Assembly (NCBI GenBank): GCA_973895155.1
Contig: OZ316891.1
Coordinates: forward strand, 25,729,899-25,793,898
Reading direction: 5' to 3'
From: Marsupella aquatica
Taxonomy: Eukaryota; Plantae; Marchantiophyta
Length of the DNA stretch: 64,000 nucleotides
A program made the position numbers and the translations under genes. Numbering within the stretch: position 1 is the stretch's first letter; the number at the start of each line of letters is the position of its first letter. The notes beneath the pieces were generated by a model. That model made no database searches, was not told where the DNA came from, and worked only from the letters and a program-made list of their open reading frames with translations. Below, in pieces: positions 49,581 through 62,829 of this stretch.

Positions 49581-51846
49581 TTCCGGGCCCACCTGGAATT
49601 CCGATCGGCTACGAATCCCAGACAGCATACACTCAAGCAAAAGCAGAACCCATACAGCAGAGCACCCCAGGATCGCCAGCAATCAATGAGCAGCTGAGCT
49701 CTTTTCCTGACGTATGTAGCATCTTCCAGAACGCTTCACTTTCTGTAGTGGTGGAGCTTCTTTTTCTCCACTGCCCACCATTACTCCGGCCCCAATTGCT
49801 CCAATCTCGTCCAATTGCCTCCGGTGGAGATGCAATCTCATCGGGTCGACCGACACGAGGACTTGACAGATTTGATCCAATTCGTAACTTCGGCTTGAAG
49901 ATCCCCATGAAGAATTAGTGGCATGCATGATTTGCTATTTCTTGCGTAAGCAGTGATGCGAATGGTCCACTCTGCCACGAAATCGCCGGCAAAAGGTGAT
50001 GACTCGCACTTAGGCCCCACTGCTTTGGGCCACGTCTCCCTCTCACCTCAGCTTTCGCACGGAATCCATTTGGCATGAGCACAACATGTCCACATGCTGT
50101 CTGTGTCCTGTCCAAATTGTAGCAAGGCGCTCTTAATCATCAAACAGTTGGCAATTCTTGCGCCCAACTGTTTCGCTTGCACACAACAACTCGTCCACCG
50201 ACAGCCACTTCATGTAGATGCGAAAAGGGGGCATGAGGTTTCAAAGAATTCGGGAATGTGTGAGTAATAAACAACCCTCTCGCCAGACAGTTGCCTCCAG
50301 CGCAGAACTCATGCGAGAATTTCAGATGGAAAAAACAGGACGGCATGGAGGATTGCAAACTAGATACAGAATTCGCCTACCAGAATGACAAGATTTAACA
50401 GGGCCTAGATAGCAAACACGGTACAAGCCAAAGAAGCCTCTCTCACGAGTTATTGACAAAAATACCTTCAGCTTGTCACCGCCGGTACCAGGCTCAACCT
50501 GTTAGGGAAAGAGCAAAAACCGCAAACATCGACAAATGGTCACCAATATCAAACTTGGCCTATTTGAAACACAAAAACAAGAAATAATTGCTCCGACGAT
50601 ACGTTCGAGTACACGACGACCTATTGAGAAAAATCTCAAAAGCTTGTCACCTCCTAATCAACTCTAGCATGTGGAGTATCCTCGTACCACGAGCGGAATT
50701 GTGTTCAAGGAAAATAATCTGCCATGATAATCTGATGACGATCGTCAGAAGACGTGAAATCGGTCTAGACCCTCACTAGGCGACAAACTTTAGTGCAAGC
50801 TCCTATTCCGAATTCAGAAATTCCCAAGAGAAGACAAGGCCACACGCAGGCTGTCCGCAAGCAGAGAAGCAGAGCCAGGCATGTCTGTCCGGGCAACAGT
50901 CCACGCCACGACTACGATTTAGAGGATACAAGAAAGGCAAACGTGTAGTTCGCTTCTCAGCTTCGATAACGACAACTTTACGTTCCACCTTCCTGACATA
51001 AGTGTGCAAACTTCGAACACTTGCAGCTGGCGTAATCAATTGCTTTTCTTTCACGGATGACTTCATCCTAACGGGCTGGTAAAGTTGGGGACCACTTTCT
51101 TCGACAACGTTCACCTCTGAAGGAAATCTATCTAATACGGGTATTCGAAGTTAACCGCAAGAAAAACGGTGGAGTTCCACCGATGATGCCAAGGTGAGAC
51201 AAATACCAAGCCTAAAACAAAAGAGTCGGCGGTACCCACTTACAAACAGACCGCACGCCATTCCTGAAACCATGGAACTAGACCGACAACGTGAGAAAGA
51301 AAGAAAGCTTAGCAGCCTTCATGCTCAAAATCTGAACCTCTTGAATTCATTCACACTCTGTACAAGCACTGGGGACAGCACATAGGCTAACCTAATTCCT
51401 CCCAGTGCAGCAAGGCAGTAGGCAAAGGATGATGGTTGTAGAGTTGTCATGAGAGGTCCACAACTCGAAAGATGTAATACCTTCGAAAAAATGTTATGAT
51501 CTATGAGTCAGAGCTAAAGAATGTATGTCTATAAAAGTTCTCAACGACTGATGTAGCTTCTCTTGCTTATGTTTACACCTAGCTTGTCCCTTGCATTCAA
51601 TCATACTCCTTCAAGCTTGAAAGAAGACGGTTGGAAGCGAAACTGCCACCAGATACAGTGTTCATGAATGCCTTCGGTACCTCGGGATGAAGAGGTCCTT
51701 CCTGTACAATGGTAGCTTCCTTACGAGCTGATTTTTTTTTAATGAGTCATCGTAACCCGATGACTGTTGCGGGACACCTAGCTTTCGCGAATTCGGGGGC
51801 AGCACGTCAGGATATGGCGGAAGTAGCGTTAGCGATTGAAGCGCGT

Positions 51847-52473
51847 CTACTTCGTGGCGGTACCGCTCAAATCGCCATCTCTGGCCCACTTTCCGTACTT
51901 CTGTTTCATTGTGTCGGCTAGCTTGGAGGCGTTGCTGTCTCGCTTCTTAGCTGCGCGCTTAGAAGATTCATCAGCTATTCCAGACATGTTTCCGCCTCTA
52001 TTGGCCATTTCCAGGTCTTCATAGTAATCCACAAACTCGCAGCAACTGGCGACGATTGCCAGTACGAGGATCACAACCTGAGCGCACCCCATGATGAAGA
52101 AAATGGCCGCATTGAGCTTGACGAGCTTCTTCATGTCCTTGTTACTATGCATATGCTTCATGTTATTCACGACTTGATTCACCTTGATGAAAATAACCAG
52201 AGCGGCAGAGAACAGGCCCCCAACGGAGAAGAGGAGCGCTATCAGATGCCAGGAGAAACATCCGGTGTGCTTCGCCGCGCGAACGCCGAACAGTCCTGCT
52301 ATAATGGAAACAATGCCTACCGCTATAAAGCACCATCCGATCTTGCTAGGGGGCCGCTCGAGGTACACCGAAATCACAATCGTAGCAATCGCCGCGATCA
52401 CAATTCCGATGTTCAATATCTGTAACAGCCCGGTTGATGCCCTGGCCACATGGCCCCTAAATGTCCTCGGCAT
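51847..52473 (-). CDS. Intronless 208-aa four-TM protein, tetraspanin/TOM2A-like
   Basis: Four hydrophobic helices with tetraspanin-like spacing (W.FIAVGIVSIIAGLFG..AA...GCFS), juxtamembrane CC, acidic DYYEDLE, and a C-terminal MKQKYG resembling the MREKYG motif of TOM2A-type proteins. Confidence 0.85.
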   Translation of the reverse strand: MPRTFRGHVARASTGLLQILNIGIVIAAIATIVISVYLERPPSKIGWCFIAVGIVSIIAGLFGVRAAKHTGCFSWHLIALLFSVGGLFSAALVIFIKVNQVVNNMKHMHSNKDMKKLVKLNAAIFFIMGCAQVVILVLAIVASCCEFVDYYEDLEMANRGGNMSGIADESSKRAAKKRDSNASKLADTMKQKYGKWARDGDLSGTATK

Positions 52474-52616
52474 GTTTACCCGCCTTCTGTACGAGGATTC
52501 AATTGGATGCAGTTCCTCCCCTCTACTGAGACTCCACCTCTCTGCTCACGGACTTCCCAACCTGCCTTGTTCCACTCTTCTTCACACCGATAGTTAGCTG
52601 CACACAACTGCGGCGA

Positions 52617-52638
52617 TCAATCGATCGATCGATCGATC
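52617..52638. repeat. (GATC)n microsatellite in the putative 5' UTR of the tetraspanin-like gene
   Basis: ATCGATCGATCGATCGATC run. Confidence 0.8.
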
Positions 52639-53384
52639 ACCCTCTCCCTCCAACCTTCTTCAACGGAACCACAGCGTCCTCAAATCAACCACTTTCAGTC
52701 TCTTTCAACGGCAGAAACAGAACTGCCGCACCACGCAACCACCTACCCTCACAATTTCAACCCCAACCAAACCAGACCAAACCAAACACCTGAATCACAC
52801 TTCCACCGGTGAAGACTGAAAAACTCACTTCAAAACCAGGACACGGAGCGATCACAATAGAAGGAGCACGAAGCGGTATGCGTTCCGATCACACTGACGA
52901 ATGCGGCGCAGCGAGAGGCTAATAGTCTCCGCAATCAATGAGCGCAAAGGTCCGACAGCCTAATGACGACCACCAACTACCAAAACCTCCTCAGTTTCCT
53001 TCACCCAAGCTTTCCACAAACCACACTACACTGCAGGAGCTGCTGAAACCGCTGAAACTGCTGGAGCTCTGCAACAATGTTGCTGGATCGAAGCTCAATC
53101 AATGCGCACAAGTACGGCAGCAGCAAACGAGCTCCACACCGCTCTTCTCCTCCTTCTCCGCTTCTCGAAGGCCGATCTCTGTCTATCGAGGAAGAAACGG
53201 CACCATAGCTTTGTACAAACGGCTCATCTCACGAAAGAGCAAGGGCGACGAAGAAGAGGGGCCCTTCTTTGTTAGGTGGGCATCCGGTCGTCTTGTCGCG
53301 CTGCCCCGCGAAGTGGGAGAAAAAGTTTGCTTCCTACCCAGTCCAGTCATATGGGCACACTTGCGACAGGTCACGATACTTTTC

Positions 53385-55457
53385 GGGCTGTGCCCGCGGG
53401 CAGGATGTGGCCGCCCCGGGAAGCAAGAGCAGAATCCGACATCGCTTTTAGTTTGGTTTTGTGCCGGCGGGCAGGAGCTGGGAACAGCTGGGTTCCCCAA
53501 GTAGCCCAGTACCAAAGTAATTCGGGTTGTGCCCGCGGGCAGCATGTGCGTGCGTGCTAAGAAGGTGAAGCAAGAGCTGAATCCGCGATCCCTTTTCATT
53601 TGGAGTTTGTGCCCGCGGGCAGGAGATGGGTGAACACTACTACAAAGGTAGTAACTTTTGGGTTGTGCCCGCGGGCAGGATGTGGGTGCTCTGGCAAGGC
53701 AAGACCGGAAAATCCGAGCCACCGCTTTTCATTTGGATTTTTGTGCCCGTGGGCAGGAGATGGGCTCCCCACAATCCTGCAAGTGCCATCCCGGTTCGTG
53801 ACATAAATATATTATTATTAAAAAAATTGCTAAAAAAATTGACTCAACGACAAAATATTCAATAAGGAAAACAGGAGTTTAGGCTTTGAGATAAAGCAAG
53901 AGCAGGAAAATCTGAGCTTTGGCTCCACAATTGGTTTTAGTGCCCGCTGTCAGGAAATGGGTTCCCCACTACCAATAGTGTCATCCCCTATTTTGCAAGA
54001 TAAATAGATAATTACTTTAAAAAACTGACCTGACAAGACAAAACAATTGGTGTCCTTGTGAAACCTCCAAGTATTTTCGTCGTGTAAACTTTATCAGTAT
54101 TCTAGAAATAGCAAGCTCTGTTCCGGCAGTTGGGACTATGGTGATTTGAAAACCCAATTTTCGTTTTACTCCATTGTATTTTTCAATATAGTCATTTTGG
54201 CGGGTGGTTTTGAATAGGATAATGTCCTGGTTTGAGGGCATTATTCTTATAATGCCACTAACTAGGATATTAATGTGCATAAAAACTTGAGTGATTTTGG
54301 GTACAAACAAGAAAAAGCGAATCTCTGAATAGAAAATCCAAGCAAAAGGGCCAAAGGCATGAAAGAAGTTAAAAACAAATCTTGTGATTTTGATACAAGT
54401 TATTATGTTATTTTATTTGATAACACTGTATTTGGGTTTTACCTTTCCTATTTTTGTGATAAGTCACATAATGCCCTCCTCAAAAGAAAGGAGTCTATAT
54501 GGGAAATTATTGCACTAAAAAATACAAAGAGAAAAATCACAAAAATCTTTACTGACTATAAATAGCCAAACAAAAGTGGTGCCCCAAGTTGAGACATGAA
54601 CTTGCCTACCTGAGTTCCACCATATGTCAACTACTGATGGAGGTGATCAAGTTATCACCTACAAGCACATATTATTTAATGATACACGGCAATGATAAAG
54701 GAACTCATATGGTGAATATATAACCCATGAAATTACTACAGTAATAAAGCTGCATTTACTGAAATTCATTTCAGAAGATTTTTAGTCTGGAGTGTATTCA
54801 GTATTCACTTTCCATGGTAAGATTGTGTGGTCCATAAACCTGGTAATTCGATTGTGCTGATTTGGCCATACTGATTCTAAGGATCCTATCAACAGCCTAC
54901 AAACCTGGTGATTCAATGGTGCCGATTTGGCAATGCAGATGCTACGGTCTCCAAATTGCTGATTCAATTGTGCCAAATTGGCAAAGAAAATCCTACAGTC
55001 CCACACATTTTTGGCATTGTTCATGTGAAGTTCCCTCCTTGTTTTCGCCAGGCCCATTGCAAAAATGATTTGTGGCTATAAAAACAGCCAAACTAAATGA
55101 AATTATTGGTACTGCCCGCGGTCAGAAAATTGTAACCAGTAACCGAGCGAACACTTTTCCACTTCCGTTCGTGCCCGCGGGCAGGAGACGGTGTCCCTGG
55201 GCAAGGAAGAAAGAAAGAAACAACACGAATAGAAAAGTCATTTTCCGACGCTGCCCACCCCACTACCCCGGTCAGTACAGCAGCCCGTAGAGTACCTACG
55301 GCCAGGCACCATGTACGGTCAGAAGTACCTTTCCTGCCCACGGGCAGAAACACCTAGGGCCACATAGCCTGTACGGTCAGCAGTACCTTGCCCCACCTCC
55401 CGGACCGGTACGGTACCGTTTCTTTTCCCAACGGGTATGCGACCGTTAATCATACTG
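53385..55457. mobile_element. Decayed DNA transposon (hAT-like) with repeated palindromic subterminal motif
   Basis: About 10 copies of (G)TGCCCGCGGGCAGGA in two clusters (53390-53955 and 55112-55350) around an AT-rich core. Right end ...CGACCGTTAATCATACTG resembles a CAGT-starting TIR; no left TIR or TSD found. Confidence 0.5.
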
Positions 55458-57918
55458 GTTGAATACTTGATTACCATAAGTGGCGTTATACGAATGGCGG
55501 AGAGTTATCTTTTATTCTTTTTATTTTTCTTTGTTTCCATATTTTGCGAACTTGAAGTTCCCATGGACCACAAGGTTGGTCTTGAAACCCCCATGTACCT
55601 CTGAGTTTTTTAAACAACGTGAGATTTATCAGGTCAAATGTTTCCTAGTTTTGAGTACATGCCAGAGTAGTACACTTCATTTACTTGGTGTGGGTGTTTA
55701 TTTGTTTGTTGGGCCTCTTTGGTCTTCTCAGGGTCTTTCTCTTTTTCCTCCCTTTTTTGAGTCTTTTTGTCCGTGGGATCATGTCTCCCCCTTTGGTGTT
55801 CTTGTCATTTTGGCAGCTTGATACATTTATAGTAGGTAAGTTACACTTCCATGAAAATGCCAGTGAACTTTTTGGCTATTTTGGTTGAGTTTTTCATCAT
55901 AGAATGGGAGTATTAAGCTCATATTAATTTTCATTATGTTCATATGAACTTCACTGAATTAAAAACAAATCCTTTGACCAATATTTGAATTGTGTTTTTC
56001 AGGAACCATCCTTCTCTAGTTGCTTGCAGGTGCAAAATATTTGAATTGGAGGAATAGATTTCTAGACATGTAACTGGACATATCACCAGGATTCTTTAAG
56101 GTCCAAGGCAAGTTACCACTATGGAGACAACTCAGGCTTCCCTCGAGAAGGAGGAGTGGCAATCTTATGACACCAATTTTCTGGAGGACTGGCAATATCT
56201 TGGGCGCCCAAGGTCTGTTTTCACCAGCAAGAATTTCCGCTGGTATATAAGGACCAGGAGGCAAATGAATTTGCAAGCAAACTATGGCAGAAGATTTGGT
56301 GAGTTAAATAGCATGGAGCAGTGTAGGAAGGAGGTGAGACCCTTATCTGTAAGAAAGACCCTTAGGGTCTCACTTTTGTGTCAGCATGGTACCACCTTGT
56401 GTGAAGGAAAAGATGCTACAAATATTCTTCACCTAATCTTCTTATATTAAGTTCTTACCATCAATCCCCAGATTAACTCTAGGACAACCAGTGGATTCTG
56501 GCAAATGGGACATGTGACAAGGTGGAAAAGTGGCTAATGGAAGACAAAACGAAACATAGCCAATATTGGCCAAAGTAGATTTGAACTGCCATAGTTAATT
56601 TCAGCCAACAATGGTAAGTACTTATCAAAAAGGAACCTAACAAATTTATGCCACCAAAAAAACCTGCAGACGAGCACCCCCACCAGGAGAATTCTGTAGT
56701 ACACACTATATATCTAAGTATATTTTATCACTGCCAATAAGCAAAATGCACCTGACAAGGAGACAATCCCATCACTGGGGAAAATTAAATGCACCTAACC
56801 CCAGCACACACAATTTATCCCACATCTGCAAAAAACCCAAATGCACCTAACCAGGAAACACAATCCCACAAGCATGAGCATGAGACCCAATCTGGTACCA
56901 AATGTATAGAGTAAACAAACTAAGAAATACCCCAACAAAACCAAGGAGCCATACCAAACAGCCAGTTGCGATCAAACTTACACACCAAAAACCAAAAACA
57001 CTGGTCTCTGAGTGTATCCGGCCGTCCATAACCCTCCCGTTTGACGGCCCAGATTAATCACAAATCACGCAAACCAACAAACTCGTGGGGAGGAAATGCC
57101 TCGACCACCAGACCAACCGAAGTAGCAGGCCGGGGTGAGAATCTCCACAGATTCTAAAAGCTTGCCAAAATCGACGGCTGAGATGAGAGGCAGGGGAGGA
57201 AATTCCAAGCCACCAGGTTCGGTTGTCAGGTTCGGCGGACTTCACTGGTCCATGTCCAGCTGAATCAGTTGTAACTTCCTGTATGCCCCCTCGCCATAGC
57301 CGCAGAGCTTTGCCCCCCACCCCCCGCCCTCGTCTAAATCTAACTGCTGCCCACATTATAATTTTGATCCAGGTTCTCCGGAAATCAATTTAATTCAAGT
57401 CTTCATAAGTTCACTCGTATCTCATGTGCGTGCACAAACTCTTCGGACTTCCTGATCAGTCGAATCGAGATCACACCTTAAATTCTAGAAGCATCCCGTT
57501 CCCGTTCCCGACAGCGACCTAAAGCACTGAGTGTGCAACCATTCATGAATTGATACGCTCAGATGTTATGCACGCATTGAATTTGTCCTTCTGGATCAAT
57601 CGAATTAAAAATAAAACACACCTTAGTAATATTCTAGAGTTATTGAACTTTTAAGTTCCATCCACCCTACTCTCGTCGAGCTGAACACTTCTACAGTAAC
57701 TTGGAATTGAAGCAGTAATTCGGATGCGTGAGATCTGATTGACTTCTCGTTCTCGCTGAAGTTGCTAGGTCGGTGATTTGTCGACGTGATGCACATTGCA
57801 GGTTGGCGTTAATTATAGGGCAGATTGACCGACTCCCACTAGAACTCATACCTTTCGATCGATACAAAAAAACTAACTAATAATTAGATTAAGCGGCTTG
57901 ATCGGTGAGCGATCTGAG

Positions 57919-60216
57919 ATGGCAATTCTGAGAAGTGTTGCAGCGATGCTGTTGGCTGCTGTCGTCCTTCTTCTGAGATCTCAAGCTGTTCTCAGCACAT
58001 CTGGAGGTATCGTCATGCTTTGTTCGCTACTTTACTTTCTCAGAGTGGAGAGAGAACGAGTGAGTGGTTTTTCAAGTACTGTAGATGATAGACCAGGAGA
58101 CACGGGCCGGGCTGTTAGTACATTCTTTGTCCTTGGCCACTGGGAAACCTTCAATGCCAAGGACAAAGAATGTAGGGTTTAGGGTCGAGATTCCCAGTGG
58201 TAATCCACATTGTAATGCGTGAGACTTCACATGTTTTTGGTTAGATCATAATTTGGGGTTCATATCTTGGGCTGTTATATATGTTGTACGTGGGGGTGTT
58301 TGTGATTATGTGCAGGTATCTTGGAGTGCGAAGAATTGACTGCTCTAGAATGTGCATTTTCAGTATCGTCCGTGGGTGCACGTGTGTACTTGAGAAGTCC
58401 ACTCTTACGAATGGGAAAACCATACCAAGCTGTCAAGTACTTCACTTATCGAGCTCTCATCTGTCCATAGAATGGAGCCATGGATCACAACCCAGATACA
58501 AAACTAAACAAAAATTTGACTTGCTTTCAAGGACGGCCCAGATACCTGATAAGCTTTCACAATAGCGAGAGATTAGCATGCACAATGTCATCATTGTGAT
58601 TAGTTCTGAGTCTGCTGTAGTGGAAGATTAGATCGTAATACGATAACGCGAAAGAAATTACGTGGCGGTGATTTCTGAAACCGAAAAGTGCTAATTGACT
58701 TTCATGTGTTTGCTACAGACGTCGGTGATAATGGCAGAAAGGCCAGCAGAGTGGATCGAGTCGGATGAATGCATCCATGCCTGTGGTGTAGAAAGAGAAA
58801 CGTATGGGCTTTCCACGGATTCACTCGTTGAATCAGGCTTTAGAGACAAGCTGTGCTCCTCGGAGTGCCAAAACAATTGTCCCAATATCGTTGATATCTA
58901 TTCTAAGCTTGCTGCAGGAGAAGGTACCGAACAAATCTGAGCTAATTTTTTGGAATATCAATTTTCATCTTAAATTTATATCCTATTTATCATCCTATTT
59001 ATCATGTCTCCCGGTTTGGCGCTCCTGTCGTATATATATATATAGAGAGAGACTGTTTTCCATGACCACAACATGGCCGGGTTAGACATCTGCAGATTTG
59101 AATATATTAGTGGTTTAAACCACCACTGTCCACCAGGTTTGGGGAGGACAAAATAGAGCACTCTTTTACTATTTTGATCACATTTTTAGTTTATTTTAGT
59201 AACCTGGATCCACCAGGTTTTGCTTCGGGGACAGTGGTGCTTTAAAATCAACATGCTCTGAAAGTGAATTAAACCTATAATTTGCCTGGCTGTAATGACG
59301 GCTGAGGAATTTCTGTAGATCTAGCCTTACAGTGAACAAAGATAGTCTCTAAGCACTTGCATGGACTGGGGACCCACAATCTTATATGCGCGCGGGTCTT
59401 GGGATCCTCATCAGATATATTTTCCTTTTTGTTAGATCCACTTGGTTCAGATTCAAGTTCGCCAACAGGCTGCCCAACATGTATAGGTAGGCAGGATATA
59501 TATGTCAGGCGATCAACCCAGCTAGTGCTTCATGGGACCTGTGCAAGTCATATAGACTAAACATCATTATAAATAATTGTCGACTTGCAATTGCCATCAT
59601 GTGAAGATGACACCATGTGACCATGGGGATGGACTCAAAGTGGTTGACAGCCAACAAAGCTACTATAGGGAACGCATCATGCGTGCAGGGTTCTGCAAGT
59701 TAACGCCAGATACAGAGTCAGAGACGTGTTCCCGGACGTGTCCTCAGGCTGGAACAATTTCAGTATTCTAGATAGAGAGTATTCTCCAATGCAATACAGA
59801 GTATTCTCCAATGCAATACAGTTTTCTAGCTGTACGCAAACTGTGCTCAAATGACTTGGCGAGTAGACATTCGAGGTCAAAATTAATTACATCTCACAGA
59901 GAAGCTCTCAAATGTCATTGAGTCTTTGACGTTTGGAAAATAAACTTGACGGTATGAATGTTGCATGTATGCAGGAGTGTTCTTGCCGCGCCTCTGCAAC
60001 GAGCAGAAATTCAAGGCTCGTCGCCTCATCGACGAGCCAGTGGTTGCACAACGAGGTCCGAAAGGAGGTAAAACAGGCAGCGGGCTCTGGTCGTCGACGC
60101 TTGCTTCCGCTGGGACTCCTTCGCCCCTACCATCCCCAGCCTACGGTCTTCCTCCCGGGACCCCTTCTCCCAAAGTTTCCATATCTCCAGTTCCAACTCC
60201 AGCGTTCAGCACTTAA
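57919..60216 (+). pseudogene. PAR1: PAR1 (photoassimilate-responsive) family secreted protein with a Pro-rich tail, 4 exons; 1-nt frameshift in exon 2
   Basis: Exons 57919-58006 (signal peptide), 58316-58436, 58719-58923 and 59975-60216. Motifs CEEL...[77 protein letters not shown]. Exon 2 is 121 nt where 122 is needed. Confidence 0.88.
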
Positions 60217-61364
60217 TCTGTCTGCGTCTATCAAAGCAATTTCAACTTCCAATACTTCTGGCAATGACTTTGACAATGAAGAAACCTGGGCTGAGCGGAA
60301 CGATTATGACCTCGCTAGATTCGATTCTACCGTGTTGACATCACAGAATTGTGTTGCTGGTGCTGGTGCTTCATGAAGCTTTCAACCTATTTGTGTGTCC
60401 GCCAACCAGGGATTACATGGATGTTTTCACCTGGGATTAGCAACTAGAGCTAGCATAACCATGACAGATCGATCGAGCATGTTGCGATATTTTAGTTTAT
60501 GAATCCATGTACCATAGACTTTTCTCAACATGCATGAGCCCATCAATTAAGTTGTGCGAGCAGATCACCTACAGTGTCTGGCTAGGATAGCTGTCCCCTT
60601 CCTTTAATGTGTGAGAATAAACTCACACATGACAGAAAGCACAACAGCGAACCCCGCACTGAACAGATTGGAGTGAAATATACAGAAGACTAGAAATTAT
60701 TTCTAAGTAACTATACAAAAGCATGCTATGATGTGTGATGCCCGGCCACCGTCCCTGCAAGTAGCAAATGTAAGTTATAAAACGTGCAGCATTGCGGAGC
60801 GAGCCGCTGATCGATGAATAACTAGCTTTTCCTTGAAAACTGTAACATGACCTGATGGACCCTCTAGCTAAGTACCGGATCTCATCTCCAGCTTCACATG
60901 TAAGCTTAATTTTTAAAAAGTATTGGATATATCATATTGCACCCACTTCCGAATTGTGACACTTTGTTCAGACAATTACTCAGCATCTACTGTAATCCAT
61001 ACTTATCTATCTCACTTATTGAGAAATCATGCACCTCTCGGACGACTTAAACCTGATCTTGGAGCCCAATCATGTCTACGACAATGGACTTCTTAATAAG
61101 CAATGAATTGGATGCGATGAATGAGCTTCTACGCTAACGTGCGTCCAAATACTGGTTTGTAAAGATTAGGGAATTGTACTGTCTAGGTCAACCCACTGTT
61201 CCAATTTCCTCTAATTCTAACTGGGGAGCGGAAAATTAATCAAATCTGCAGATTTGGTCGAACCGATCATCATACTAGTCAAAGCTGGTATGCGTTGGTG
61301 ACGGCGAAGCCTATCGAAAGGTATACTTACCCGAGACATCATAAGCTGTACCTTAATTCACAAA

Positions 61365-61627
61365 GATCTTCCTGGGGTTTCCCTTGTTTTCTCGCTCTTT
61401 TGGCTTTTTAGCTTCTTTTTTTATGTTTCTGAGTTTCTGGATGATTTCACCTTCCCATTGGGTCTCAGGTGTGTGGGATAGTGTCTCCACGTTCTTTATT
61501 TGGCATTCATTTGTATGATATACATAGTGGGTCCTCATTCATTTTTCAAGATCCATCGTGCACTAATAGGAAGGGACAATGGTTTTTTGAATAAGATATT
61601 GTCCTGGTTAGAGGACAATGTGAGATA
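61365..61627 (-). repeat. Dispersed ~260-bp repeat, copy 2 (inverted relative to 48422-48681)
   Basis: TGGGTCCTCATTCATTTTTCAAGATCCATCGTGCACTAA matches the reverse complement of copy 1. Confidence 0.88.
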
Positions 61628-62454
61628 TCACGCCCCCAAATATGACTGAGGTAGCCCAAGATTTGAGGGGCTTTATTCTCACAATTCCTGTAACTAGGAC
61701 ATTATCTTATAGAAGAATTTGAGTGATTTTTTGGGAATAGACAATGAAGAAAAAGTAAACTTATGAAATGGATGGAAACATTAAAAAGGGTCATGCACCA
61801 CTTTGTTTGCATGCAATCGGTTGAAACCCTGGAAAAAGTTTAAATTAAAATATTAATATTCAACCATGCAATATATTAGATTCTTGATACAAACTCCATC
61901 CTGTAAGACAATCTTTTATTTTGTTTTATATGGTAAACTATTTTCACTCTTTACAGTTTCCTACGTTGATGGTACTACTCATAATCCCCTCTTCAAACGC
62001 AGGGAGGAACTATGGAAAATTAATACCCTGTAAAACACAAAAAGAAAATTTACAAGAGCCTTTAAACACGGAAAGGTTTCTTGAGCGGAAACGTTGGGCG
62101 TTAAGAGTGAAGTTCGGGCACCCTAGGTCCTCACTTTTTTACTCGTGATCATCATGGACAAGTAGGGATAATTGTTTATGGAGAGTGGACTTTGGGCACC
62201 GTAGGTCCTTTTGGCACCCTAGGGTCCTCACTTGTTTTCTCCTGGGTCCTCATTTATTTATAGTGAGAGATCATACACAAAGAGGGATAAAGTACCCATA
62301 CCCTTCGATCCTCAGCTGCCCACATATTTCAAGTCCAGACCTGGAAAATGGCAACATATTCTGAGTGACAAAAACTTTTTCCCTGACCTTGTAAAGCCAA
62401 TCTACACAATAGAGCAATGCATGTTTGCATCTGGGTGCCAAAGGTCCGTGGATG

Positions 62455-62692
62455 CAACATTGAACATTGTGGCCAAAGACCTTATAAGCCATAACAAGAC
62501 CTTATATGTTGCAGCCAAAGACTTTTATTAGCCAGAACTAAAAAGTCATGACATGAATGTTGTGCCCAAAGGCCTTATTCAGAATGAAAAAGTCATGACA
62601 TGAATGTTGTGGCCAAAGACCTTAGCCAGAACAAGACCGTAGATGTTGTAGCAAAAGACTTTAGCCATAATAATAATAATAATAATAATAAT
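62455..62692. repeat. Degenerate short tandem repeats (GGCCAAAGACCTTA-type) ending in (AAT)n
   Basis: TGTGGCCAAAGACCTTA variants about five times; AAAAAGTCATGACATGAATGTTGTG twice; about 8 AAT units at ~62668-62692. Confidence 0.75.
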
Positions 62693-62829
62693 TTACGCCC
62701 AGCTCATGCTTAGGAATTTAAACTGTCACCATTATAGAACAACCAAGCAGATTTCCAACCAATATTACATTTCCTAACCGGGCTCCTTACAGACCACCAT
62801 GAAAACAAAAGAGTGATCATCGAGATTGC

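Noticed and set aside
52938-53722. 188-aa and 179-aa overlapping ORFs
   Set aside because: They span promoter and repeat sequence, are built from the GCCCGCGGGC motif and show no protein-family features.
55990-56990. Decayed L1 ORF2 3' end (similar hints at 4400-4880 and 46750-47250)
   Set aside because: Only vague Trp/Cys-rich fragments; boundaries and family cannot be supported without a search.
62232-62531. Weak similarity to gypsy RT/RNase H linker (FPDLVKPIY)
   Set aside because: Too short and unsupported by neighbouring domains.
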